This document shows positions 47,589-58,092 of a stretch of DNA of 64,000 bases, piece after piece. Origin of the DNA: a virus; the IMG/VR virus record IMGVR_UViG_3300007770_000007, positions 13,336 through 77,335 of that record, one strand, 5' to 3'. Position 1 is the stretch's first letter. Every line of letters starts with the position of its first letter. Made by a program: the position numbers and the translations under genes. The notes below the pieces were generated by a model, which saw only the letters and a program-made list of their open reading frames with translations, was not told the DNA's origin and searched no databases.

Positions 47589-48404
47589 ATGCCGTCTACT
47601 ATTCGTAAAGGGGACAAGGGGAGTGACGTGAAGTTGTGTCAGCAACTTCTTACGGAACATGGATACGCCACAGGGGCCGATGGAATCTTTGGTTCCGGCA
47701 CCGAGGCCAAGGTGATGCAGTTCCAGCGCGACAAGGGCTTGGGGGCTGACGGGATCGTTGGCAAGAACACCTGGAAAGCTCTTCAGGCAGATGTTGAAGC
47801 AGAAGCCAAGAAGGATCCTCCGGGACCGCTGCCTCCTGTGCTCGTACACCTCAAATCACTGGGCCACGAAATCATGTGGGAGGGGGACTTCCACTTGAAC
47901 CTGTTCGGTATTCGTTCGCCCAACCCCAAGAGCAACTCCTTCGATGATGCGATGGGGGTTGCGTACACCGAAAAGGGCCTTTGGAAAGTCCATTATTGGC
48001 CTGCGACTTGCGACCCAGGCACTTATTGGTTGGAGAACCCGAGCAACGTCAGGGGGACGGCCATTCTTGTTCCAGGCCAGTACCACGCCTGGAAGATTGA
48101 CTTGCACAATGGGAAGTACGAGGCGCTCTGTCAGCGAGCCGCGAAGGTCAAGGTGTACCGTGATTCAAACAAGGACGACATCCTGGATCACGACGTGGAC
48201 TCTGAAGCGACAGGCTACTTCGGGATAAACCTGCATAGATCCTCGACTTCCGGCGAATCGACCCAGGTAAATAAGTGGAGCGCCGGGTGCCAAGTTCATG
48301 CCCGCCTGGATGGATTCAACGAGATGATGTCTTTGGCCCACAAGCAGCGAGACTTGCTGGGGATCGACGTGTTCAGCTACACCTTGATGGATCAGTGGTG
48401 GTAG
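47589..48404 (+). CDS. Putative endolysin: peptidoglycan-binding domain + YkuD-like His/Cys catalytic domain
   Basis: IRKGDKGSDVK..Q…ADGIFG.GTE..V..FQ…ADGIVGKNTW; GINLH…WSAGCQV. Confidence 0.8.
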   Translation: MPSTIRKGDKGSDVKLCQQLLTEHGYATGADGIFGSGTEAKVMQFQRDKGLGADGIVGKNTWKALQADVEAEAKKDPPGPLPPVLVHLKSLGHEIMWEGDFHLNLFGIRSPNPKSNSFDDAMGVAYTEKGLWKVHYWPATCDPGTYWLENPSNVRGTAILVPGQYHAWKIDLHNGKYEALCQRAAKVKVYRDSNKDDILDHDVDSEATGYFGINLHRSSTSGESTQVNKWSAGCQVHARLDGFNEMMSLAHKQRDLLGIDVFSYTLMDQWW

Positions 48405-48438
48405 CCCTGCTTGGAGGCTTCGTGGGTAGGGTTTATCC

Positions 48439-48678
48439 ATGAAGCCTCCATCCAAAAAAGGTCATTGGGACAAAGACGACCTCGTTCGGGTACGGGTGAA
48501 CCTTCCTCGTCGTGAGTATGAGGAGTTGGAAGCCTTGGCTCGGGAAGAGGGCATCACCGTCACCGACGCTATTCGACGCGCCATCAAGATGGACGTGTAC
48601 CTCACCCACAAGACGCACGAAGGCTGCACGCTTCTGTTCGAGGATCGCAAGGGCCAGATGTACCGTGTGAAGCGGTAG
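48439..48678 (+). CDS. Ribbon-helix-helix (CopG-like) DNA-binding protein
   Basis: VRVRVNLP..EYEELEALA..EGITVTDAIRRAI. Confidence 0.75.
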   Translation: MKPPSKKGHWDKDDLVRVRVNLPRREYEELEALAREEGITVTDAIRRAIKMDVYLTHKTHEGCTLLFEDRKGQMYRVKR

Positions 48679-48686
48679 GTCGGCTT

Positions 48687-49028
48687 GTGTCTGATGTTCC
48701 CGAAACCCCTGCGGAGATACCTTCCCCTCAAGAGGAGCCGTATGCGGGGGCTGAAGTGGACCTCACCAGGGAAGGGCCGCAGTTAGAGTTTGCCGCACTC
48801 CAGGCTGACACCTATGACCCCAACCCCAAGAGGGAACAGGTACGGGGGACGATTGCGTGGTTCCTGTTGGGAATCCTGGCCTTCACCATCTTGTTCGCGT
48901 TCATGGCTGTTGCCCGTCAATGGACTGACTACGACAACATCAAGGACATGCTTGGCATCCTCCTGCCGCCCATCACGGGGTTGGTGGGTTCCGCTATCGG
49001 CTTCTACTTTGGCAGGGGCACCGACTAA
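48687..49028 (+). CDS. Two-TM membrane protein
   Basis: Two hydrophobic helices ending LVGSAIGFYFG. Confidence 0.65.
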   Translation: MSDVPETPAEIPSPQEEPYAGAEVDLTREGPQLEFAALQADTYDPNPKREQVRGTIAWFLLGILAFTILFAFMAVARQWTDYDNIKDMLGILLPPITGLVGSAIGFYFGRGTD

Positions 49029-51034
49029 TCAGGACGGCCTCCCAGCAGTTCCCAGATGTCATCCACCCCCACCACCTTCACACCGTACTGGCGTGCCTTC
49101 TGGGCCTTGCCAGAGGTGCTGTTGGGGTCCTTGCAGACAAGGAAGGCCAAGGACTTGCTGACACTGCTCTTCACGGACCCTCCCTGCTCCTCGATGGCTG
49201 CGGTGAGGCTTGGGTCACGGAAGCCTGTCATACAGACGCTCTTGCCTGTCAGAGCACCTGCGGCTTGCTTCTTGATGGTGACACCTGCCTTGAACAACTT
49301 CTCGATGAGAGGGGCCTTCTCACGGATGCCGACGTGGAACGCTGTTGCCTTGGTGTCCCCCATTCCGGGGATGCGGGCAAGAGCGTGTTCCGTGGCATGG
49401 AACATCATGTTGATGTTGTCCAGCCCCGCATCCACCAGCTTCTTCACCATTGACCGCCCCATAAGGTCGATCCCGAGGCTTCCTACGAAGACGTGGAGCG
49501 GCATGTCCTTCTTTGCATGGAGGTCATCGAGGAAGGGGCGTGCGTTCCCGCCGATACGTCGCCCGTCGATCTCCATCAGGGCTACATCAGCGAACCCCAG
49601 CGTGTAGAGGTCAGCAGGGTCCTTGATGACTCCTTGGTCGCACAGCCCTTCGATGGTGGTGTCTCCCCATCCGAGGACGCCTACCTTCTTTACCCATCGC
49701 TTCACGGCTCCTGCGGTCTGTGCAGCACAGCCGCCCTTGTTGGGGCACACAAGGTACTCTCCCACTGTGGCTGCTCCGCACCCACACACGGGGCAGGCAG
49801 TGGGCACGTCGAAGCACACCACCGAAGGGGGAGCAGCCTTTACCAGAGCTTCTACATACGGGATCACGTCATTCCGACGAGACACAAGGATGCGGTCGCC
49901 CATCGCCAAGGTTCGCGGGGCTGCGGTAGTCCCAAGGCGCTTGATATTGGCCACGTTGTGAAGGCTTGCCTGCTTTACCTGCGCCCCTGCGAGACTCACG
50001 GGGTCAAACTCTGCGACGGGAGTGATCCGGCCAGTGTTCCCCACCTGCCAACGGATGTTGTTCAGGGTGGTTTCCTGTGCCTCGTGGGGGAACTTGTAGG
50101 CGATGGAGCCTGCGGGCCTGTGGTTCTTCTCGCCCAGGCTCTCCCATTCATGCTTGTCGTTCATGATGAGGACGAGACCATCAATCTCATAATCCACCGA
50201 AGCACGGCTGGGGATGAGGTTCCCCGCTACTTGGGTCTGGAAACCAGTTGGGCTGATGTACTGCTGGTAGTAGTTCTCGATGTCATCGGCCCGGATACCG
50301 ACATTCTGCCAGTGGGGAGTCTCGAATCCGAGGGTCTTCAGTTCATCGAGTTCTTGGTCCTTGCGCTCGAAGGCAGCGTACCCTTGCTGGCACCAACCGT
50401 TGTCAGGGAAGCAGTCAAAGGCGATGATGGTCAGATGCTTGCACTTGCTGGGGTCAGACTGCCTCTTGGCGGTCCCTGAAGCAGTGTTCCGAGGGTTGGA
50501 TTCTCCGGGGAAGTGGGCTGCGAAGTCCGACTTCTTGCAGATAATCTCTCCACGCACGAACCCGCTCCAATCACTGGTGAGCGTGTTGGGGACCTTCATC
50601 AACTTGACGTTGCGGGTGATGTCTTCCCCGATGAGGCCATCCCCGCGAGTCACAGCTTGCTTCAGCTTGCCGTTTTCGTACCGAAGGCTGATGGAGATCC
50701 CATCCAGCTTCTCCGTGATGAGAACGTCCCGGCTCGTCAGTTGCGACGAAGGCATCCTCAACACGGACGCGCTGTGCCACGCCTTCATGTCGGATTCGTT
50801 CTGTGCCTTGTTCAACGACCCCATCGGGATGCGGTGAGGGGTCTTCTTCCACGCCGACACAGCAGGCGCACCAACCGTTGTGAAGAACGGGTTGTTCGGC
50901 ATTTCTTTACGAAGCTGTGCCTCTTTGGCGTCAAACTCCGCATCCGACATAGTGGGGGTGCCGTTGTAGTAGGCGTCCCGTGCGGCAGTGAGTTCCTGGG
51001 CAAGCGTTTGAGCTTGGGCATGGGTGATAGGCAT
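49025..51034 (-). CDS. ligA: NAD-dependent DNA ligase
   Basis: YYNG.P.MSDAEFD, EKLDG, TRGDG..GED.T, NPRN, DGLV, AYKF, GRITPV, Zn finger, HhH, BRCT. Confidence 0.96.
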   Translation of the reverse strand: MPITHAQAQTLAQELTAARDAYYNGTPTMSDAEFDAKEAQLRKEMPNNPFFTTVGAPAVSAWKKTPHRIPMGSLNKAQNESDMKAWHSASVLRMPSSQLTSRDVLITEKLDGISISLRYENGKLKQAVTRGDGLIGEDITRNVKLMKVPNTLTSDWSGFVRGEIICKKSDFAAHFPGESNPRNTASGTAKRQSDPSKCKHLTIIAFDCFPDNGWCQQGYAAFERKDQELDELKTLGFETPHWQNVGIRADDIENYYQQYISPTGFQTQVAGNLIPSRASVDYEIDGLVLIMNDKHEWESLGEKNHRPAGSIAYKFPHEAQETTLNNIRWQVGNTGRITPVAEFDPVSLAGAQVKQASLHNVANIKRLGTTAAPRTLAMGDRILVSRRNDVIPYVEALVKAAPPSVVCFDVPTACPVCGCGAATVGEYLVCPNKGGCAAQTAGAVKRWVKKVGVLGWGDTTIEGLCDQGVIKDPADLYTLGFADVALMEIDGRRIGGNARPFLDDLHAKKDMPLHVFVGSLGIDLMGRSMVKKLVDAGLDNINMMFHATEHALARIPGMGDTKATAFHVGIREKAPLIEKLFKAGVTIKKQAAGALTGKSVCMTGFRDPSLTAAIEEQGGSVKSSVSKSLAFLVCKDPNSTSGKAQKARQYGVKVVGVDDIWELLGGRPD

Positions 51035-51052
51035 AGGCCCTCCTTTCCCTCT

Positions 51053-51082
51053 CTACGATGACCCGAATGGAAGGGAACCCTC
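51053..51082 (-). promoter_or_regulatory. Class A promoter-like motif GAGGGTTCCC-N14-TCGTAG upstream of ligA
   Basis: Conserved motif and spacer. Confidence 0.65.
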
Positions 51083-51430
51083 CCAAATGTCAGCGAAAGG
51101 GGTCTGTACGCTCTCTCGATACCAGCTTTCCTTTGTGGGGACGGCTTCCCGTCCAAGGACTGCGGCCACAATCTCTGTCACCACGCTGGCATCGTGAACC
51201 TCAAGTCCTGACTTCTCCACGACGTAGGTGAAGTGGAGGACACCCCCGTTAGGGTTGATGATGAACGAGGTTGCTCTTGGGAAACCGCTCGCAGTAACCA
51301 GAACCATCCCCTTTCCCGTCCCTTGGAACTCTTGCTCCAGGTAGACAAGCACCACGTCATAGCGAGTCCCGTTGCCGGGTTCCCAGTTGACATGGATAGC
51401 GTGCGAGTCAGTTCGTGTTGGTGCTTTCAT
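51053..51430 (-). CDS. Hypothetical protein (MKAPTRT…WEPGNGTRY)
   Basis: Likely start at 51430 within the longer ORF. Confidence 0.5.
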   Translation of the reverse strand: MKAPTRTDSHAIHVNWEPGNGTRYDVVLVYLEQEFQGTGKGMVLVTASGFPRATSFIINPNGGVLHFTYVVEKSGLEVHDASVVTEIVAAVLGREAVPTKESWYRESVQTPFADIWEGSLPFGSS

Positions 51431-51626
51431 CAGTCTTCCTGGTGCAGATGCCTTCGTTGATGAGGTGCAAGGCAGTTCGTCCGAACCAGCCCTGGAGGTT
51501 CCAGGCGAGTCCGGTGTCGATGAGGTGTTGCCAAGCAGCAATCTCAATCTTTGTTCTCTCTTCGTCGGTCTTGCCGGGGTTCTCGACAAACCCTTCCGCG
51601 ATCCCGATGGCGTCGTAGTCGTTCAT
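51408..51626 (-). CDS. Small phage hypothetical protein
   Basis: AWQHLIDTGLAWNLQGWFGRTA..LI. Confidence 0.65.
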   Translation of the reverse strand: MNDYDAIGIAEGFVENPGKTDEERTKIEIAAWQHLIDTGLAWNLQGWFGRTALHLINEGICTRKTDESTNTN

Positions 51627-51743
51627 GCACTTGCCTTTAGCTTGCAGCGAATCCAAGCCCCCAGCAGCGGGAGGTTGGCGAGACTACCAAGTAGCAGCGC
51701 CCATTCACCGTGACATCCCATGAGGTGTTCCATGTCTTCTCCT

Positions 51744-51965
51744 TTAGAACGGAAGTACGTCGTCTTCGTCCCAGCAGATGGGAAGGGACTTGCCGTTTCC
51801 GGGGCTACCTCCCACCAACACCGAGGCGGCTGCCCAGGGTTCTATGGGAAGTTCAGCGGCCTCCAGGGCCTCCTCTTGCGCGACCTGTTCAGCCACGGCT
51901 TCGAGGGAGTCCACCCGAGCAAGCTCTGCGATTTGGTTGTCTGTGATAGGCATGGTGCCCTCCAT
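51744..51965 (-). CDS. Small hypothetical protein
   Basis: Directly downstream of a class A motif; GGAGG before MPITDN. Confidence 0.5.
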   Translation of the reverse strand: MEGTMPITDNQIAELARVDSLEAVAEQVAQEEALEAAELPIEPWAAASVLVGGSPGNGKSLPICWDEDDVLPF

Positions 51966-51972
51966 GAGTTCC

Positions 51973-52002
51973 TTACGATCTTTTGTTCGTTTGGGAACCC
52001 CC
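51973..52002 (-). promoter_or_regulatory. Class A promoter-like motif GGGGGTTCCC-N14-TCGTAA
   Basis: Conserved motif and spacer. Confidence 0.7.
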
Positions 52003-52030
52003 TCGGTAGGATTAGGGGGGAGGTTTTCCA

Positions 52031-52489
52031 GTGCCTTTGTATGAGTTCCAGTGCGATTCCTGTGGAGTACGCTTTGAAAAGTTGTTCCGTCGGATCGTGG
52101 ATGATCCCCAAGTGGACTGCGGGGAGTGCGGAAAGCGTGCTCGAAAAATGATGTCCGCGTGCAACCACACGTTTGCCCACACCCCTGTGGGTGGCCCTCG
52201 ACCCCAAAACACAGGGGTTCACTCCATCGACTACAACGCGGATCGTGTCATTGGACGGGATGCGGCGCGGCGTTGGGAGGAGATAGAGAAGACTCGTTCA
52301 TATAAACACAGCCTCGTTCGGGATGAGCGAAAGGCTGGGAGGGCCGTCAATCTGGAGCACGTTGTTCGGGATGAGCGCGTGGAAGGCAACTACCGGGTCA
52401 TGGATCAGAAAGAGGTGGGGACCGTGAATGAGCGCAGGAAGGTTGCCCATGACGCCTCCGCTGCAAAGGCTGGGAGCGATAAAGACTAA
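52031..52489 (+). CDS. FmdB-family zinc-ribbon protein
   Basis: MPLYEFQCDSCG..FE…CGECG. Confidence 0.85.
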   Translation: MPLYEFQCDSCGVRFEKLFRRIVDDPQVDCGECGKRARKMMSACNHTFAHTPVGGPRPQNTGVHSIDYNADRVIGRDAARRWEEIEKTRSYKHSLVRDERKAGRAVNLEHVVRDERVEGNYRVMDQKEVGTVNERRKVAHDASAAKAGSDKD

Positions 52490-52495
52490 AACCTC

Positions 52496-52510
52496 CGGTG
52501 GGCTTCCTAT
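52496..52510 (+). promoter_or_regulatory. Class B motif upstream of the sheath gene
   Basis: cggtg-ggcttcc-tat. Confidence 0.65.
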
Positions 52511-52641
52511 ATCCAGAGGCTTTTGCAGGGGCCTTCCCCTGCTCCTCCCATCCTGGGACGGTTGAATGTCTATTGGCACCGCTGTGCTGACACCTTCCTG
52601 AGTCGCGAGGCTTGGGCCGACTTATCTCGGAGGATAGACCC

Positions 52642-55600
52642 GTGGCATTTCCTGGAAGCATTTATGCACCCCCTGGCGTTTACACCCAGACCCTTTACGA
52701 AGATCCCAACGTGGGCTTGGCGGCTTCCGTCACCCTCCCCCTTCTCCTGGGTACTGGCTCCGAGACTTTGGTCCAGATGGGCCTTACTATGGTCCGTGGG
52801 AGTTCCTCTACGGTAGACCAGCGAATCGTCCAAGAGGATGAGACGGGTCGAGCGGTGGTCTCTATCTCTGATGCGGGGGCTGTTACTCACGGGTCCTTCG
52901 ACGGAAGCCTGGATCGACTTCAGGTTCGCCACTACCCCATCGTGAGCGGAGATGGAACCGGCACAACAGCCACGGATGCCGCCTCTGTCTCGGTCACGGT
53001 CAACGGGGACCCGGTGGTTGTTCTTGCGATCACAGGTGCCACGGGAATCCTTCGCCTCTCGGTCACCCCCGAGGCAACAGACGAAGTGAAGGTGACCTAC
53101 TACTTCAACCGTACTGACACCCTCATCACGGATACCCTGTCGGAACAGGTTTCTCCTAACGGCCCCGAAGTTATCGGCTCGGCCAGTGAGACCTACCAAA
53201 TCACTACGGGCGCTAACGATGAACTGAAGTTCCTCGTAGACAGCGAGACTGAAGTGGAGGTTACCCTCTCCGCTTCACCGGCTGCTGGGTGGTCGGCTGC
53301 CCAGATTTCTTCTTTCATCAACTCTGCTTCGAGCATCGCGGGAGCATCGTTGGCCGCCACCACTACGGTGGATAACTTCGGAAACACTGTCCTCCGTTTG
53401 ACTGCGGATCGGGACATTTATGTTGATTCGGGAAGTGCCAACACCACTCTGGGACTCACCGCAGGAACCGACACAGCCCGCAACAAGGTCTTCTACACCT
53501 TCCAGCGCCCCATTGTTGATGGGACCAATGAGGGTGTGGCTTCCACTGATCCCTCCGACGTTACGGTGAAGGTCGATAGCGTGCAGGTGATTCCGTCGGC
53601 TCTTGACGGCCAGACGGGTGCTGTCACCCTTCCTTTCGCTCCCGAGGCTGGTGCAGTTGTTACTTGCCAATACTACTTCAACAGTTGGCAGGACACCTTC
53701 GACTACCTTGCCCATCGGAATGTCACGGATGTTTTCCAGTGTGGCGTCACCGATGACCGCACCGATTGGATTGAGGGCGCTGACTTTGTTCTCGAAGACG
53801 ACCTCATCGTGTGGGGAAGCGCCGTCCTGGTTCGTGCGGGAGAGCACACTGCCGGGTCTACCTACCTGGACGGCACTCAGGTGTCGGGCACTCTTGTAGA
53901 TACTCGCCAGTATCTTGCTGAATGTTCCCCTGTGGTGGACACTTCCGGTACGCCTTCGGTTGAGAACCGGGTGGACTGGAGCCTGCCTCTGGTCCCGACC
54001 ACGGGTAACGGTCGGAGCACCCCCCTCGCGGCGAGCACTTTCGCTGAAATCTCCAATGGCCGCGTGGACCTTGCCACAAACCGCCCTGACCTTGTGTATG
54101 CCTACTGGGGATATGACATGCAGGACGCGCTGGATCGAGGTCGTGTGACAGTGACCAAGGTAGACGGCGAAGCTGGTCAGATGACATTGGAAGAGGCTGT
54201 TCCGGTTGGGGCAAGTGTCTGGGCTACCTTCTACTACAACACCCTTCAGGACCAGACCTACACGGTCACGGTTGCCTCGGAAGGCGGCTCTGGAGGCGGG
54301 ACATACACGCTTTTGGATGGTGCTGGAGCTTCTGTCTTTACCCCGCAGTTCACGGCCAAGTCGGCTGGGCTGGCGACAGTGACAATCCAGTTCCCCAGCG
54401 GTTCTGAAGCAACTCCTGATTGCCGCTTCGAGCCACCTTTTGTCCAGACCTCTTACACGGGACCTGTGGAGGAGGACATCACAATCACGTTCGCAGACCA
54501 GGATGCGACCCTGGCCAAGTACACGGTTCCGGGAAGCGCACCCTACTTCCTCATCAACAACGCCTCGGATCAGATGGACGTGGTGATTGACGGTGCCCCC
54601 ATCACAGGCGGCGAGGTTGACTTGGGCGACCCCACCGGCCACGGGACGGGCTTCGGCGCTACCATGACGGGTGATGAAATCACCTACACGGCTGCTTCGG
54701 GTGGAACTACTTTCGTCATTGATTCCACCAATGAGACGTTGGACCTCCAGGTTGACTCTACGGCGGCCACCGAAGGCGTCATCAACGCCCTTGCGAACCA
54801 GGGTGCTACCCAAACGGCTGCGGATTATTGCACCGCTATCAACCGGGCTTCCTTGGGTGATTTCGATACTTTCCAGGCTGGAAGTACCACGACCGCTCTG
54901 ATCCTCGGTGCAGGTTCCTCGGACGTAGACGACTACTATGTTGGCTGGCAGATCCGCATCACGAGTGATGGCGGCGCTACTGGCTGTCTGAACGAGGTGG
55001 CTACGGTCACGGCGTACACGGCAGCTACCCAGACAGCTACCGTTGCAGCCATCGCAGGTGCCCCGTCATTGGGCGACGACTACCATATCTACGATCCCGA
55101 CACCATTCCCTCGGTGAAGTCCACAACGCGCTTCCTTACCGGGTGGACAGTCGTGGTGAACGAGTACGACCAGCTTGACTTCACCTACACAGGGAACGTC
55201 ACTACGGGTGCTGGTGTCCTTTCGGCCACTCTTACCCCTGGTGCTTACGCGACATCGGCGGCGCTGGCCGCAGAGGTCGAAACCCAGATGAACACTGCTT
55301 TGGCGGCAGCAGGAACCATGTCGGACCCTGCTACTGCTGCCCAGGTAACTGTGCAGGCAGACACCAGCGGTTGCCTCCAGGTGTCGCTCATTGTTGATGC
55401 GACGGACACCTCCGGTGGTTTCCTGGAGTTCCTTGATTCTGCTGCTGGTGCAGCTACTGACTTCGCCATTCTTGCAGGGTTTGATGCGGATGCTGCCCCT
55501 CAAGGCGGCCAAGCCAAGCTCCTCAACTCGGAGATCGCTCGTCGTTTCACCATCGCGGCCCCCACCACGGGTGCCCTTCTCAATGACCGGATCATCCTGC

Positions 55601-57888
55601 GTAACCGTCTGGTTCCAGGACAAGGCGGCAGCGAAGACGGGCAGCAGGTTCTCGACCAGTGCTATCTGGAGGTTCTCGGAGGAACCGGAGCCACTCTTGC
55701 TGGCCTTCAGGCTGGAGAGAAGGCTTGGGCCGGTATTCGCGGAAGTGTGATGCAGCCCACTATGTCTTCCCAGATCGGGTTTGGGGGCGGTCAGGTCGCA
55801 GGTGTTGGAGATGCCTCTGACGGTATGCCTTCCATCACCTTCTTCGGTCCCGGAGGAACTACACCCCAGAACAACGAGTTCAAGCTCACTTGGGAAGGCA
55901 CCCCTCTTGCCATCACCCTTACCGATGTTGCGGGTAGCCCCATTGGAACGGCTGCTTCAGCGGATGTTCCCCTTGGACCTGCGAGCGTGGCCAACACGGT
56001 CATCAACCAGATTCAGACAGCTATGACGGCAGCGGGCCTCACTGGATTCGACCAGGAAGGCGCTGGTCTTCGGCTTCGCGGATCTGGCTCTACGGCTGCT
56101 TCCACCATCGTGATCGGTGACGGTAACGCCAACGATACCCTTGGGTTTGCCGAGGGCGACATGGCCGAAGTGACGCCGCTTCCCGCTGAAGTCCTTGTTT
56201 CAGGGCTGATGGCTAACAGCGACCCTGTTTCAGTGGCTGATTCAATCTTGGATTGGACTAATGGCGGTGGCGGCGCAGGCCAGTTCACGATGGTAGCTCT
56301 TGCCAAGACCGTCCAGAACGAGCTTGGTGCTGACTTCCTGTTCCTTCAGAGCATCGCGAATGGCGGTACACTCGGACTGGCTACCAGCGTCATCTTTGCA
56401 GACGCGGCTACAAACTCGGTCACTCGTCCCGGAACCGGCCTTGGAGTCGAGGCGGGTGACGGGAACACCGGAGAGGCAGCAGTCGAAGGGTTCTTCGTCA
56501 CTTCCTCGGATGCGATCAGCGGTTCCGGTACGGCAAACACTTCGATTCTCAACACCGGAGCGGGCCAGGATGGGACGGTGGGCGCTACTTACCGGGATGC
56601 GGTTACCGGGTTTACCTTTACTGTTCTGCCCCGTGAAGGGTCGGCGGCTTACCCCGCAACCGCAACCCTCACGTTCCAGGCCCGAAGCACTGTTACCACT
56701 GATTCCAACATCCCGGTCAACAGTATTCCCGGCATCGAACTCATGGTTGCCAACACCTCGGGCTGTGCCGTTGGAGATACTGCCGAAGTCCAGACCTATG
56801 AAAAGGGCGGCGAAAGCCCCGGCATCGGTGACGTGTACTACGTCAGCTACGAGTACACAAAGCAGGACTTCGAGACGAAGCTGTTTACGAAGCTCCAGTC
56901 TGTGGTCAACGCCTACGGTTCAATGAACCCCAACAACCCTGTTTCTCTTGCAGGCTACCTTTGCCTGCTCAACGGTGCTGTTGTGATGGGGGTGAAGCAG
57001 GTCCAGAAGGATGTTGATTCAGACAGCGATGGGGTCCTGGATAGTGCCTCTTACGCGAACTGGATTGCAGCGGTGGACGACGTGGAAGGGCAGGTTCCCG
57101 GTGGGGCTTACCCCAACATCCTGGTTCCTCTCAAGGGAGACAGCCTGGAGTTGTTCAACTACATGGCCAAGCACTGTGACATTCAGAGTTCCATCCGCTA
57201 CCGGGCAGAGCGTACCTGCCTCTCCGGTTTCGGGGCTGGTACTCAGTCACGGCAGGCGGGTGACTGGTCGCAGGCTATTGCCCGTACCCGACTTCGCCTT
57301 GTCTACCCCGACATTGTGACTCTCTCGATGTCACGGGCAGACGGCACCACTGATAGCTACCTTGTGGACGGAACCTACCTTGCAGCAGCACTGGCGGGTA
57401 ACCGGGCGGCATCGAGCATCGACGCGGCTACTCCTTGGACAAACACTCGCATCTTCGGCTTCGACACTTTGGGGCGTACCCAGGATGCCGTGGAGAAGAA
57501 CCAGACTGCGGTGAAGGGTATCAGCGTGATCGAACAGGCAGGAGCAATCCTGAAGGTTCGGCATGGCCTCACCACTGACATGTCAAACGTGCTGACCAAG
57601 ACCCCTACCGTGGTTACCATCGCGGATGAGGTGCAGCGGCAGGCACGGGCAACCTTGGACCGGTTCATCGGAGTCAAGTTCCTGAACGGGGTGACGAGTC
57701 AGATTGAGTCCCAGCTTGCGCTGACACTCAAGAACTTGGTCCAGCTTCAGATCATCGCGGCATACACTGGCGTTACGGCCAACACCGCCGAAGATGATCC
57801 GACAGTTGCAGAGGTGGAAGCCTTCTACCAGCCAGTCTTCCCGCTGCTCTACATTGTGGTGACCTTCAACCTGCGTAGCAGTCTGTAG
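52642..57888 (+). CDS. Contractile tail sheath protein, very large (~1750 aa)
   Basis: Likely GTG start after GGAGG; Y.PPGVY N-terminus; C-terminal RLVYP…VDG.YLAAALAG…VRHGLTT…FIG.K…Y.PVFPLLYI.VTF. Confidence 0.88.
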   Translation: MAFPGSIYAPPGVYTQTLYEDPNVGLAASVTLPLLLGTGSETLVQMGLTMVRGSSSTVDQRIVQEDETGRAVVSISDAGAVTHGSFDGSLDRLQVRHYPIVSGDGTGTTATDAASVSVTVNGDPVVVLAITGATGILRLSVTPEATDEVKVTYYFNRTDTLITDTLSEQVSPNGPEVIGSASETYQITTGANDELKFLVDSETEVEVTLSASPAAGWSAAQISSFINSASSIAGASLAATTTVDNFGNTVLRLTADRDIYVDSGSANTTLGLTAGTDTARNKVFYTFQRPIVDGTNEGVASTDPSDVTVKVDSVQVIPSALDGQTGAVTLPFAPEAGAVVTCQYYFNSWQDTFDYLAHRNVTDVFQCGVTDDRTDWIEGADFVLEDDLIVWGSAVLVRAGEHTAGSTYLDGTQVSGTLVDTRQYLAECSPVVDTSGTPSVENRVDWSLPLVPTTGNGRSTPLAASTFAEISNGRVDLATNRPDLVYAYWGYDMQDALDRGRVTVTKVDGEAGQMTLEEAVPVGASVWATFYYNTLQDQTYTVTVASEGGSGGGTYTLLDGAGASVFTPQFTAKSAGLATVTIQFPSGSEATPDCRFEPPFVQTSYTGPVEEDITITFADQDATLAKYTVPGSAPYFLINNASDQMDVVIDGAPITGGEVDLGDPTGHGTGFGATMTGDEITYTAASGGTTFVIDSTNETLDLQVDSTAATEGVINALANQGATQTAADYCTAINRASLGDFDTFQAGSTTTALILGAGSSDVDDYYVGWQIRITSDGGATGCLNEVATVTAYTAATQTATVAAIAGAPSLGDDYHIYDPDTIPSVKSTTRFLTGWTVVVNEYDQLDFTYTGNVTTGAGVLSATLTPGAYATSAALAAEVETQMNTALAAAGTMSDPATAAQVTVQADTSGCLQVSLIVDATDTSGGFLEFLDSAAGAATDFAILAGFDADAAPQGGQAKLLNSEIARRFTIAAPTTGALLNDRIILRNRLVPGQGGSEDGQQVLDQCYLEVLGGTGATLAGLQAGEKAWAGIRGSVMQPTMSSQIGFGGGQVAGVGDASDGMPSITFFGPGGTTPQNNEFKLTWEGTPLAITLTDVAGSPIGTAASADVPLGPASVANTVINQIQTAMTAAGLTGFDQEGAGLRLRGSGSTAASTIVIGDGNANDTLGFAEGDMAEVTPLPAEVLVSGLMANSDPVSVADSILDWTNGGGGAGQFTMVALAKTVQNELGADFLFLQSIANGGTLGLATSVIFADAATNSVTRPGTGLGVEAGDGNTGEAAVEGFFVTSSDAISGSGTANTSILNTGAGQDGTVGATYRDAVTGFTFTVLPREGSAAYPATATLTFQARSTVTTDSNIPVNSIPGIELMVANTSGCAVGDTAEVQTYEKGGESPGIGDVYYVSYEYTKQDFETKLFTKLQSVVNAYGSMNPNNPVSLAGYLCLLNGAVVMGVKQVQKDVDSDSDGVLDSASYANWIAAVDDVEGQVPGGAYPNILVPLKGDSLELFNYMAKHCDIQSSIRYRAERTCLSGFGAGTQSRQAGDWSQAIARTRLRLVYPDIVTLSMSRADGTTDSYLVDGTYLAAALAGNRAASSIDAATPWTNTRIFGFDTLGRTQDAVEKNQTAVKGISVIEQAGAILKVRHGLTTDMSNVLTKTPTVVTIADEVQRQARATLDRFIGVKFLNGVTSQIESQLALTLKNLVQLQIIAAYTGVTANTAEDDPTVAEVEAFYQPVFPLLYIVVTFNLRSSL

Positions 57889-57943
57889 TAAGGTAGGCGC
57901 ATCAACAGCCGACACCCGCCCCCCAGGTCCTCGGCTGTTCCCT

Positions 57944-57985
57944 GAAACCCCCAACCGGTCTCACTCCCGGTTGGGGGTTTCGTTA
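57944..57985 (+). terminator. Intrinsic terminator after the sheath gene
   Basis: gaaacccccaaccgg-tctcactc-ccggttgggggtttc; similar to the capsid gene terminator. Confidence 0.8.
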
Positions 57986-58092
57986 TATGTCGTATAAGGT
58001 TCGATGAGCGGAGGGAAGAATGTGTACACCCGTCGCCTTCTTGGACCGCTTCAGCGGGTACTATCCTTCAACCAACCGTCTTGGAGATAAAC

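Noticed and set aside
5409-54813. Long antisense ORFs (5409-6416, 7646-9271, 17897-19300, 36332-37738, 38120-39205, 53275-54813, etc.)
   Set aside because: Shadow frames of well-supported genes, expected from high GC and codon bias; no RBS or motifs
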